Source of the DNA: Gammaproteobacteria bacterium | Lineage (GTDB): Bacteria > Pseudomonadota > Gammaproteobacteria > Steroidobacterales > Foliamicaceae | Reading direction: 5' to 3' | Assembly: GCA_965213995.1 (NCBI GenBank) | Contig: OZ243929.1 | Span: 899,324-963,323 of the forward strand | DNA: 64,000 bases | The notes under the pieces: model-generated | The model's database searches: none | What the model saw: only the letters and a program-made list of their open reading frames with translations | What the model was told of the DNA's origin: nothing | Shown here: positions 55,700 through 64,000 of the stretch, piece by piece | Layout of the letters: each line of letters begins with the position of its first letter | How positions within the stretch are numbered: position 1 is the stretch's first letter | Position numbers and translations under genes: made by a program

Positions 55700-57172
55700 T
55701 CATTCGCGGGAAATGCGCTTGAGGAGGCCGGAGGTGGACAGGCCGTCGCGGTACGGGAGAATGGCCACGCGCCCGCCTAAGCGCTCCACGGATGCGCCGC
55801 CGGCCACCTCTTCGGGACGGTAATCGCCGCCCTTGGCCAGCACCAGCGGGCCAACCCGGTCGATCAGCCGCTCCGGCGTGTCCTCGCTGAAAGGCACCAC
55901 CCAATCCACGCAGCCCAGCGCGGCGAGCAGCTGCATGCGCTGCCCAAGCGGCACGACCGGCCGGCCCGCGCCCTTGAGCCTGCGGACCGAATCGTCGTCG
56001 TTGACCGCAACCATGAGGCCGTCGCCCAGCGCGCGGGCCTCGGCGAGGCAGGCTGCATGTCCGGCATGGAGCAAATCGAAGCAGCCGTTGGTCATCACCA
56101 GCCGGCGACCGGAATCGCGCTGGCGACGACCGATTTCCTCAGCTTGGGCCGCATCGATAACCGCAGCGGGCGCCCGCGCCGCAGTCTCCTCCAGCGCTTG
56201 CCGGAGATCGGACAAGCCCACAGCCGCCACGCCCACGCGCCTCACGGCCACGCCGGCAGCCACATTGGCCAAATAAGCCATGCGGTCGAGGTCGGCGCCT
56301 ATAGCGAGACCCGCGGCCAGCACGGCAACCACCGTATCGCCGGCGCCGGTCACGTCGAAAACTTCGCGGGCCCGGGCCGGAATATGCTGCGGCGCGCCGT
56401 CGGCCGACGCCAGCAGCAGGCCGCGCTCGCCCAGCGTCACCACCATGCCGCCGATCTCCAGCCGGACGCAAGCCTTTTTCGCCCGGGCGGCCATATCGCC
56501 GGCCGATTCCTCCGAGCCGCCCAAGGCCGCCTCGAACTCGGCGCGGTTGGGCGTCAGCAGGCTGGCGCCGCGGTACTTCCCGAAGTCGCTGGATTTGGGA
56601 TCCACGAGCACCGGCTTGCCTGCGGCGCGGGCGGCGGCGATCAGCGCGGCGGGATCGGCCAGACTGCCCTTGGCGTAGTCGGACAGCACCACAGCGGAAC
56701 AGCCTTCTAGGAGCTCCGGGAATTTTTGCGCCAGACGCGCGGAATCAGCGGCATCGAAAGGCGTTTCGCGGTCCAGCCGAATCACCTGCTGGTTGCGGCT
56801 CAGCACCCGCAGCTTGCGCACGGTGGGCTGCTGCCGCGAACGGATCCATTCCCCGGACACGCCCCTTTCTCGAATTTGCCGCTCCAGCGCCTCGGCCTCG
56901 GGGTCCCGGCCCACAATGCCCAGCAGCGCCACATCCGCGCCCAGGCCCGCCAGATTGCAGGCCACATTGGCGGCGCCGCCCGCGCGCCGCTCGCTGCGCT
57001 CCACGTTCACCACCAGCGCGGGCGCTTCGGGCGATACGCGCCGGGCCGCGCCGTGCCAGTACTCGTCGAGCATCACATCGCCCGCCACCAGCACCCGCAC
57101 CCGGGAGAAATCAGGAATCACGGCATCAGGCCCGCCGCCGGGTCCGCCCGGGCTGGTGGCGGGCGACTGCAC
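55700..57172 (-). CDS. hldE: bifunctional D-beta-D-heptose 7-phosphate kinase / heptose 1-phosphate adenylyltransferase
   Basis: PfkB-like N-domain (VLVAGDVMLDEYWHG, GAGD) and C-terminal cytidylyltransferase TNGCFDLLHAGH. The track start is GTG, so the start is uncertain. Confidence 0.9.
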   Translation of the reverse strand: MQSPATSPGGPGGGPDAVIPDFSRVRVLVAGDVMLDEYWHGAARRVSPEAPALVVNVERSERRAGGAANVACNLAGLGADVALLGIVGRDPEAEALERQIRERGVSGEWIRSRQQPTVRKLRVLSRNQQVIRLDRETPFDAADSARLAQKFPELLEGCSAVVLSDYAKGSLADPAALIAAARAAGKPVLVDPKSSDFGKYRGASLLTPNRAEFEAALGGSEESAGDMAARAKKACVRLEIGGMVVTLGERGLLLASADGAPQHIPARAREVFDVTGAGDTVVAVLAAGLAIGADLDRMAYLANVAAGVAVRRVGVAAVGLSDLRQALEETAARAPAAVIDAAQAEEIGRRQRDSGRRLVMTNGCFDLLHAGHAACLAEARALGDGLMVAVNDDDSVRRLKGAGRPVVPLGQRMQLLAALGCVDWVVPFSEDTPERLIDRVGPLVLAKGGDYRPEEVAGGASVERLGGRVAILPYRDGLSTSGLLKRISRE

Positions 57173-57942
57173 TAGTTACACTTTGAATCGCCGCAATTGA
57201 GGCAGGTCAAGCAGCCGTCCATCATCACGACGGCGGTGGTGTGGCAACGCCCGCAAAGCTGCGCGCCGGCGGGGAAGGGGCTTTTGGCGAAGGCATCCTC
57301 CTGGCGCTGGGCATCCTCGTAATCCTGCCGCTTGGCATCCAGCGCCCGGCGCTCGGCCAAGCTCAGCGAATGTTCGCCGAGGAACCCGATCCGCTCCAGG
57401 TGCTCGCCCACCACGCAGCCCAGCTCGGCGATGATGGAAGGCATGTACACGCCGCCGGGTTGCCAGTAGCCGCCGCGCGGATCGAACACGGCCTTGAGCT
57501 CGTCCACCAGGAAGGCCACATCGCCGCCCTTGCGGAACACGGCGGACATCACCCGGGTCAGCGCCACTATCCACTGGTAGTGGTCGAGATTCTTGGAGTT
57601 GATGAAGATCTCGAACGGGCGGCGGCGCTCGTCGGCCGTGCCTTCGTTTAGCACGATATCGTTGATGGTCACGTACATGGCATGATCCGACACCGGCGTT
57701 TTGACCTTGTAGGTGGTGCCTTCCAGGCGTTCCGGCCGTTCCAGGCCCTCGTGCATGCGCACCACTTTGCCGTCGTCGCTCGCGGGCCGCGAAGGCATCG
57801 CCTTTGGCGGCGCAGGGCTGCGGTCGGCATCGGCGGCGGCAGGGGCGCTTGCCGGGAGGGCTGCGGCCTCAGCCGCAGCAGTCGGCTGCTCCACGCGGTA
57901 GCCCACGATCTTGGCGGCGATTTTCTTGGCGGTTTCAGTCAT
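57172..57942 (-). CDS. nrdJb: class II ribonucleotide reductase, small C-terminal polypeptide (NrdJb)
   Basis: C-terminal Cys cluster CGRCHTTAVVMMDGCLTCLNCGDSKC and the preceding RNR C-terminal region. Directly downstream of nrdJa, as in Pseudomonas-type split NrdJ. Confidence 0.8.
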   Translation of the reverse strand: MTETAKKIAAKIVGYRVEQPTAAAEAAALPASAPAAADADRSPAPPKAMPSRPASDDGKVVRMHEGLERPERLEGTTYKVKTPVSDHAMYVTINDIVLNEGTADERRRPFEIFINSKNLDHYQWIVALTRVMSAVFRKGGDVAFLVDELKAVFDPRGGYWQPGGVYMPSIIAELGCVVGEHLERIGFLGEHSLSLAERRALDAKRQDYEDAQRQEDAFAKSPFPAGAQLCGRCHTTAVVMMDGCLTCLNCGDSKCN

Positions 57943-57973
57943 TGCAAGTAGGGTCCGGTTTCCAGGCGATCAC

Positions 57974-60124
57974 TCAGAATTTGCCGTAGTAGCCCTCCTT
58001 GAGCGCGTCAAAGAGGTTGGCGGCGGTATGCACCTGGCCGTCGTACTCGACTTCCTCGTCGCCGGCGAACCTCGCCTCGCTGCCGTCTTCGAGCTGGAAC
58101 ACGTAGAAGGTGCTCTTCAAGTCCTTCTCCTTCACCAGCACGCCCTGGAAGGCGGCGGGATTGAAGCGGAAGGTGGTGCAGCCCTTCAGCCCGCTTTTCC
58201 ATGCCTTCACGTAAATATCCTTAAAGCGCTCGTACGGATAGTCCGAGGGCACGTTGGCGGTTTTGGAAATGGATGAATCCACCCACTTTTGCGCCGCGCT
58301 CTGGATGGCCACATGCTCCGCGGGCGATACGTCGTCGGCAGTCACGAAATAGTCGGGCAGCGCCTGCCCGCCCTCGCCTTCGGGATTGGCATCGGGATTG
58401 ATCCGCTCGCGGTAGGCCAGCAGCTCATACGAATAAACGGGCACCTTCTCCTTGGTTTTGCGGCCTTCGCGGATCACATTGCGGAAGTAGTGGTGGGCGA
58501 AGCTGGGTTCGATGCCGTTGCTGGCGTTATTGCCCAGCGACAGCGAAATGGTGCCGGTGGGGGCGATCGAGGAATGGTGGGTGAAGCGCGCCCCTTCCGC
58601 GGCAATGGATTCGACCAGCTCGGGATCCTCTCCAGCCACCCGCTGCATATAGCGGCTGTAGCGCGCCATGAGCACCCTGCCCGGCAGCCGGTCCCCGGCC
58701 TTGATGCCGTCTTCGGCCATTTCCGGGCGCTGGCGCAGCATTTGCGGCGTGACCTCGAACTCCTCGCTCATGATCGGCGCCGGCCCCTTCTCGCGCCCCA
58801 GTTCCAGGCCCACCCGCCAGCCGGTGAGCGCGAGCTCGCGCGCCACGCGCTCGGTGAATTCGGTGGATTGCCCGCTGCCGTAGCGGATGCGCAGCATGGC
58901 GAGCGTCGATCCCAGCCCCAAAAAGCCCATGCCGTGGCGGCGCTTGCGCAGGATCTCGCTCACTTGGCTGTCCAAAGGTAGCCCATTGATCTCCACCACG
59001 TTGTCGAGCATGCGCGTGAAAACCGCCACCACCTCGTTGAATTCCTCCCAGTCGAAACAGGCCTCGGCGGTGAAAGGCCGGCGCACGAAGCGGGTTAGAT
59101 TGACCGAGCCCAAAAGGCAGGCCCCGTACGGCGGCAGCGGCTGCTCGCCGCAGGGATTGGTGGCACGGATATTCTCCACGTACCAGTTGTTGTTCATCTC
59201 GTTGACGCGGTCGATGAGAATGAAGCCCGGCTCGGCGAAATCGTAGGTGGAGCGCATGATGAGATCGAACAGCTCGCGAGCTGGCAGCGCTCCGTACACC
59301 TTGCAGGCCACGCGCCCCTCGTCGTCGCTGATGTAGCCCCTCGTGGCGGGCCACTCGCGCCACACCACCCCGCCGGCATCGTTCAGATCGAAGCCGTCCT
59401 CCCCGGCCTCGAGCGGATCCAGCGGGAAGGCCAGCACCCAGTCCTGTCCGGCCTCCACGGCCTGCATGAATTCGTCGGTGATCATCAGCGACAGGTTGAA
59501 CTGCCGCAGCCGCCCGTCCTCGCGCTTGGCGGTGATGAATTCCTTCACGTCGGGATGACCCACGTCGAAGGTGCCCATTTGCGCGCCGCGGCGCCCGCCC
59601 GCCGACGACACCGTAAAGCAGACCTTGTCGTAGATATCCATGAATGACAGCGGACCGGAAGTGTAGGCGCCGGCGCCGGCCACATAGGCGCCGCGCGGGC
59701 GCAGCGTCGAGAACTCGTAGCCGATGCCGCAGCCGGCCTTGAGCGTGAGGCCGGCCTCGTGCGCCATCTCCAGAATGCTGTTCATGGAATCGCCCACGGT
59801 TCCGGACACCGTGCAGTTGATGGTGGAGGTGGCGGGCTTGTGCTCCTGGGCGCCGGCGTTGGAAACGATCCGCCCGGCGGGAACGGCGCCGTGGCTCAGC
59901 GCCCAGAGGAAGGACTCATACCATTTGCCGCGAATCGCCTCGGGTTCCACTTCGGCCAGCGTGCGCGCCACCCGGGCGTAGGTGTCGTGAACCTCTTGGT
60001 CGAGAATATCGCCCTTCTTGGTCTTGAGGCGGTACTTGGAGTCCCAGATATCGAGGGACGCGGGCTGCAAGGAAATTTCCTCTCTTGCTTCGCCTATGCT
60101 GGCCAGCTTGACCGGTTGCCCCAT
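57974..60124 (-). CDS. nrdJa: adenosylcobalamin-dependent (class II) ribonucleotide reductase, large polypeptide (NrdJa)
   Basis: Active-site loop TNPCGEQPLPPYGACLLGS and the RNR barrel blocks. Start moved from TTG 60160 to ATG 60124, which has GGCGAGGGGGG upstream. Confidence 0.9.
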   Translation of the reverse strand: MGQPVKLASIGEAREEISLQPASLDIWDSKYRLKTKKGDILDQEVHDTYARVARTLAEVEPEAIRGKWYESFLWALSHGAVPAGRIVSNAGAQEHKPATSTINCTVSGTVGDSMNSILEMAHEAGLTLKAGCGIGYEFSTLRPRGAYVAGAGAYTSGPLSFMDIYDKVCFTVSSAGGRRGAQMGTFDVGHPDVKEFITAKREDGRLRQFNLSLMITDEFMQAVEAGQDWVLAFPLDPLEAGEDGFDLNDAGGVVWREWPATRGYISDDEGRVACKVYGALPARELFDLIMRSTYDFAEPGFILIDRVNEMNNNWYVENIRATNPCGEQPLPPYGACLLGSVNLTRFVRRPFTAEACFDWEEFNEVVAVFTRMLDNVVEINGLPLDSQVSEILRKRRHGMGFLGLGSTLAMLRIRYGSGQSTEFTERVARELALTGWRVGLELGREKGPAPIMSEEFEVTPQMLRQRPEMAEDGIKAGDRLPGRVLMARYSRYMQRVAGEDPELVESIAAEGARFTHHSSIAPTGTISLSLGNNASNGIEPSFAHHYFRNVIREGRKTKEKVPVYSYELLAYRERINPDANPEGEGGQALPDYFVTADDVSPAEHVAIQSAAQKWVDSSISKTANVPSDYPYERFKDIYVKAWKSGLKGCTTFRFNPAAFQGVLVKEKDLKSTFYVFQLEDGSEARFAGDEEVEYDGQVHTAANLFDALKEGYYGKF

Positions 60125-60492
60125 ACCCCCCTCGCCTTTTGAGGTTTTATTTATTTGCAAAAAAGGGGCGAAAGAAAGACTTAAGCCCTAGATTGCTATT
60201 TCTGCGCCTATTCGCGCAAAAACCGCGCTGTGCTGTTTTAACCCTAATTCCCACCAATTACAACCGCGCCCCAAAGCTCAATGAAATGGCCAAATCCTCA
60301 ACCGCATGGCGGAATCGGGCGGCACAAGATGCGGCGCGGACCGAGCGCCTCTGGATTACAATGAGCGGGTCGGCTGGCCGCGCATGGTGTTGCGGCGCTG
60401 GCTGGCTTTAAGACAGGCAACCCCTTGGGGCGCTCGCGCATCAAGGCAGGAACGCACAGCAAATCTCTTCCAGCATTAACGGGATCAGGCCA

Positions 60493-61893
60493 ATGACACG
60501 CAGAAATCCGATCGCCATGCTCGTCCTCGCGCTCGCTCTTTCCGGCATCGGCGCGCTGCATGGCGGCGCCCGGGCGCAAACCGGCATTGCGAAGCCGCCG
60601 ACCGTCGAGCCCTTCCCCAGCTTGGCGCCGCTGGTCGAGGCCACCCAGCCGGCGGTGGTGAGCATCGCCATCGCCCGGCCCACGCGGAACTTTCGCTCGC
60701 CGTTTCGCGGCGATCCGTTCTTCGAGCGCTTCTTCCCCAACCCGCCGCGCCAGGAGCAGCGCGAGGCGCGGCCGGTGCCGGCGGGCTCGGGCGTGATCGT
60801 GGATGCCGAGCGCGGCTTGGTGCTCACCAACCACCATGTGATCGATAACTCGAACAAGATCGTGGTGACTTTGAGCGACCAGCGCAGCGTGGAGGCCAAG
60901 GTGGTCGGCTCGGACCCCGGCACCGATATCGCCCTGCTGGAGCTCGAGGAGGCGGACAACCTCACGCAAATGCCGCTGGGCGATTCCGAATCGTTGCAGG
61001 TGGGCGACTTCGTGCTGGCGATCGGCAATCCCTTCGGCCTCACGCACACGGTCACTTCGGGCATTGTGAGCGCGCTGGGCCGCACCATCGGCCAGGCGCC
61101 GGGCAGGCAGGGCCGGCCCAGCCCGATTCAGGACTTCATCCAAACCGACGCGTCCATCAATCCCGGCAATTCGGGCGGGGCGCTGGTGAACATGCGCGGC
61201 GAGCTGGTGGGCGTTCCGTCCAATATCCTGTCGCGCTCGGGCGACAACGCCGGCATCGGCTTTGCGATCCCCACCTCCATTGCCAGCGAGATCATGCGCC
61301 AGTTGCTGGATTTCGGCGAGGTCCGCCGCGGCCGCCTGGGCGTGGTGGTGGGCGGCGTGGACCAGGAGCTGGCCGACACCTTGGGGCTTGACGAGGCCTC
61401 CGGCGCCATCGTGCAGGAAGTGGTGCCCGACTCGGCGGCCGAAAAGGCCGGAATCGAGCCCGGCGACGTGATCGTGCGGGTCAACGACAAGAAGATCAAG
61501 ACAAGCAGCGACTTGGTGAATGCCGTGGGCCTGCGCGCAGTCGGCGACGCGGTGACGCTGGAGATCGTGGGCGAGGACGGGCAGTCGAAGGTGGTGGAAG
61601 CGGTGCTGGGCGGCTTGGTGGCCGCCACCGGCACCGATATTCATCCGGCGCTCAGCGGCGCCTCGCTGGCGGATTCGGATGCCGGCGACTATGAGGGCGT
61701 GCTGGTGGAAACCATCGAGGAAGGCAGCACGGCGCAGCGCTCGGGCCTGCGGGCCGACGACATGATCGTGGCCGTTAACCGCACGCGCGTGCGCAATATC
61801 GAGCAGTTCAGGAAAGTGGCGGAAGGGCAGTCGCTCATCGTGCTGAGCATCCGCCGCGGCAACCGCACACTGGTGCTGCCGCTGCGATCCTGA
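60493..61893 (+). CDS. Do/DegQ-family periplasmic serine endoprotease
   Basis: Signal peptide. Catalytic triad motifs TNHHVI, DIALLEL and GNSGGALVN. Two PDZ domains. Confidence 0.9.
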   Translation: MTRRNPIAMLVLALALSGIGALHGGARAQTGIAKPPTVEPFPSLAPLVEATQPAVVSIAIARPTRNFRSPFRGDPFFERFFPNPPRQEQREARPVPAGSGVIVDAERGLVLTNHHVIDNSNKIVVTLSDQRSVEAKVVGSDPGTDIALLELEEADNLTQMPLGDSESLQVGDFVLAIGNPFGLTHTVTSGIVSALGRTIGQAPGRQGRPSPIQDFIQTDASINPGNSGGALVNMRGELVGVPSNILSRSGDNAGIGFAIPTSIASEIMRQLLDFGEVRRGRLGVVVGGVDQELADTLGLDEASGAIVQEVVPDSAAEKAGIEPGDVIVRVNDKKIKTSSDLVNAVGLRAVGDAVTLEIVGEDGQSKVVEAVLGGLVAATGTDIHPALSGASLADSDAGDYEGVLVETIEEGSTAQRSGLRADDMIVAVNRTRVRNIEQFRKVAEGQSLIVLSIRRGNRTLVLPLRS

Positions 61894-61916
61894 GCGGCCC
61901 GCCGGCCTCGAGCGGG

Positions 61917-63131
61917 ATGGACTGCTACTTGGTAGGCGGCGCGGTTCGCGACCGGCTGCTGGGCTTGGAAATCAGCGAGCGCGACTGGGTGGTGGTGGGC
62001 GCCACCGCTGGCCAACTCGAGCGCCAAGGCTACAAGGAGGTGGGGCGCTCGTTTCCCGTATTCCTGCATCCCGAAACCCGCGAGGAATACGCGCTGGCCA
62101 GGCGCGAGACCAAAACCGCGCCCGGCTACCGGGGCTTTAAGGTGGATTTCGGCCCCGAGGTGACGCTGGAGGAGGATCTCGCAAGGCGCGATCTAACGAT
62201 CAATGCGATGGCCGAGGATGCCGAAGGCCATGTGATCGATCCCTATGGCGGACAGCGCGATATCGAGCAAAGAACGCTGCGGCACGTGTCGCCGGCCTTC
62301 CGCGAGGACCCCGTGCGGATCCTGCGCGCGGCGCGCTTTGCCGCGCGCTTTCACGGCCTTGGGTTTAGGCTTGCCCCGGAAACGCTGGCGCTGATGCGCG
62401 CGATGGTGGCCGACGGCGAGGCGGCGGCGCTGGTGCCCGAGCGGGTCTGGCAGGAAACGGCCAGCGCGCTGGCCGAGGACGCGCCGCAGCGCTTTTTCGA
62501 GGTATTGCGCGAGTGCGGGGCGCTGAAGGCGGTTTTCCCGGAGATCGACCGGCTGTGGGGGGTGCCGCAACCGGAGCGCTGGCACCCGGAGATCGACACG
62601 GGCGTGCATGTCATGATGGTGCTGGAGCAGGCGGCGCGCTTCTCGTCGAAGGCGGAAGTGCGGTTCGCGGCGCTGACGCACGATCTGGGCAAGGGAGTCA
62701 CGCCGAGGAAATACTGGCCGCGGCACAGCGGCCATGAAGCGGCCAGCGTGCGCTTGGCGGGCCAGCTATGCGAACGCCTAGGCGCGCCGAAGCGGTTCCG
62801 CGCGCTGGCCGAGCAGGTGGCGCGTTTCCACGGCGTTTGCCATCGCGCGGCGGAACTGCGCCCGGAAACGCTGCTCAAGGTGCTGGAGGCGCTGGGAGCG
62901 TTTCGGGAAGGCGGCATGCTGGAGGATTTCCTGGTCGCCTGCGAAGCCGATTACCGGGGCCGCAAGGGCATGACGGAGCATAAATATCCGGCGGCGGAGG
63001 TGTTCCGCGAGGCTTTCCGCGCCGCCAGCGGAGTATCGGGGGCGGATCTGGCCGCCGAAGGCTACGAGGGCGCCCGCCTAGGCCAAGAGCTTCGACGGCG
63101 GCGCATCGCCGCGATCGCGGGGAGGCTCTAA
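61917..63131 (+). CDS. cca: multifunctional CCA-adding enzyme
   Basis: N-terminal YLVGGAVRDRLLG and RD.TINA nucleotidyltransferase motifs, plus an HD domain (HDLGK). Confidence 0.9.
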   Translation: MDCYLVGGAVRDRLLGLEISERDWVVVGATAGQLERQGYKEVGRSFPVFLHPETREEYALARRETKTAPGYRGFKVDFGPEVTLEEDLARRDLTINAMAEDAEGHVIDPYGGQRDIEQRTLRHVSPAFREDPVRILRAARFAARFHGLGFRLAPETLALMRAMVADGEAAALVPERVWQETASALAEDAPQRFFEVLRECGALKAVFPEIDRLWGVPQPERWHPEIDTGVHVMMVLEQAARFSSKAEVRFAALTHDLGKGVTPRKYWPRHSGHEAASVRLAGQLCERLGAPKRFRALAEQVARFHGVCHRAAELRPETLLKVLEALGAFREGGMLEDFLVACEADYRGRKGMTEHKYPAAEVFREAFRAASGVSGADLAAEGYEGARLGQELRRRRIAAIAGRL

Positions 63132-63141
63132 CCGGTTCCTC

Positions 63142-63200
63142 GGGCTTTGCCTCGTTGCCTCTTGCGCGGAAACGCATGAAGGGGAACAGGACTAAAGCCC
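63142..63200. repeat. degenerate hairpin-repeat fragment
   Basis: GGGCTTTGCCTCGTTGCCTCTTGCGCGGAA-ACGCATGA-...ACTAAAGCCC retains the arm, loop start and flank motifs but has no complementary arm. It is followed by a 28-nt direct repeat TAAAGCCCGCGC(A/G)CGCGTCCGCCGCAA at 63193 and 63252. Confidence 0.5.
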
Positions 63201-63382
63201 GCGCACGCGTCCGCCGCAATGCCGGGGGGCGGCCGCGCCGCCGCCTGCCCTTAAAGCCCGCGCGCGCGTCCGCCGCAAACACGCATCTTTTCATTTGACA
63301 CCGCCCGCCCGGATCGGCTAAAACATGAACTTGGAAGGAGCGCCGCAGGGGCGGTCCAGAAAACTTTTCAAGGAGGATCAAC

Positions 63383-63961
63383 ATGCCGCAGCCCGCATTC
63401 GACACCCACGCGGAAGTAGGGAAACTCAAACAGGCCGGCTGCCCGGAAAAGCAAGCGGAAGCCATGGTGGATCTTGTTAGCCGAGCCCCGGTAAACGCGT
63501 CGATCGCCAGAACGCTGGATCAGATGCAGCACCGCCTCGAATCCATCGAGTCCGCCTTAGCCACCAAGGCCGCCAAGGCCGATCTGGAAGCCTTGCGCGC
63601 CGACATGATCGAACGCATCGAGTCCCTGCGCGGATCCACCCATACCAGCATCGAGGAGCTGCGCGGGTCCACCAAAGCCAGCATCGATGCCCTGCGCGAG
63701 TCCACCAAAGCCAGCATTGAGGAGCTGCGCGGGTCCACCAAAGCCAGCATCGATGCCCTGCGCGGGTCCACCAAAGCCAGCATCGATGCCCTGCGCGAGT
63801 CCACCAAAGCCGACATTGCAGAGCTGCGCGGGTCCACCAAAGCCAGTATTGAGTCCCTGCGCGCGCAAATGGCCCGCATGCTATGGGTTCAGGGATTGGC
63901 GCTGGCTACGCTCATTATCAGTCTGGCCGGCATCATGATCAGTCTGGCTGGCTCAGGATAG
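63383..63961 (+). CDS. DUF1640/CCDC90-like coiled-coil protein with C-terminal membrane anchor and 11-aa tandem repeats
   Basis: AGGAGG RBS, ATG start. N-terminus FDTHAEVGKLKQAGCPEKQAEAMVDLV is typical of DUF1640. C-terminal TM WVQGLALATLIISLAGIMISLAG. Confidence 0.65.
   Translation: MPQPAFDTHAEVGKLKQAGCPEKQAEAMVDLVSRAPVNASIARTLDQMQHRLESIESALATKAAKADLEALRADMIERIESLRGSTHTSIEELRGSTKASIDALRESTKASIEELRGSTKASIDALRGSTKASIDALRESTKADIAELRGSTKASIESLRAQMARMLWVQGLALATLIISLAGIMISLAGSG
63617..63865 (+). repeat. 33-bp in-frame tandem repeat, about 7.5 copies
   Basis: Units start at 63617, 63650, 63683, 63716, 63749, 63782, 63815 and 63848. Consensus ATCGATGCCCTGCGCGGGTCCACCAAAGCCAGC encodes I(D/E)xLR(G/E)STKAS. 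Confidence 0.9.
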
Positions 63962-64000
63962 AAGCGGCGGAACTTGCGCAACTAAAACGGCGGGCGCTCC

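Noticed and set aside
60125-60492. NrdR box or riboswitch upstream of nrdJa
   Set aside because: I found no palindrome resembling the NrdR box consensus (acaCwAnATnTwGtgt) and no B12-box-like element. The segment CCCTAGATTGCTATTTC is not palindromic.

Overview
GC-rich proteobacterial chromosomal window. The gene order pepP-ubiH-ubiI-like, divergent from zapB-like-zapA-ygfA-rpiA, looks gammaproteobacterial.

Core genes: gltBD; a btuB-btuF-btuC-btuD-cobQ operon behind a cobalamin riboswitch; phhB; trpS; two ubiquinone hydroxylases; pepP; rpiA; an aldehyde dehydrogenase; H+-pyrophosphatase; tolC; waaA; hldE; a split B12-dependent class II ribonucleotide reductase (nrdJa/nrdJb); two HtrA-type proteases; cca.

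Accessory content:
1. A divergent FlhD-like/FlhC-like regulator pair at the left edge.
2. A vapBC + hicAB cassette sitting where the 5' two-thirds of cobO should be.
3. A roughly 13.9 kb mosaic island with no integrase (about 34.9-48.8 kb), starting at the last base of a tRNA-Pro/Arg/His/Lys cluster. It carries an XRE-ImmA module, a LysM-TM-NERD fusion, two Fic genes with palindromic operators, a truncated Dam, IS remnants with four copies of one terminal inverted repeat, a NotI-like/Dcm restriction-modification pair plus an HTH-HNH fusion, and a higher-GC catabolic trio.
4. Two long poly-C tracts (C16, C13), each just after a start codon with a good RBS.
5. A very abundant family of nested hairpin repeats in intergenic regions.

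The hairpin repeat family is the most unusual signal. Its stem arms co-vary between copies. It has a roughly 270 bp long form, an 88-bp tandem expansion, and one pair of copies whose loop is inverted relative to identical flanks.

All calls come from reading the sequence and the supplied ORF track. No database search was run. Many long ORFs in the track are antisense shadow ORFs typical of high G+C and were not called.
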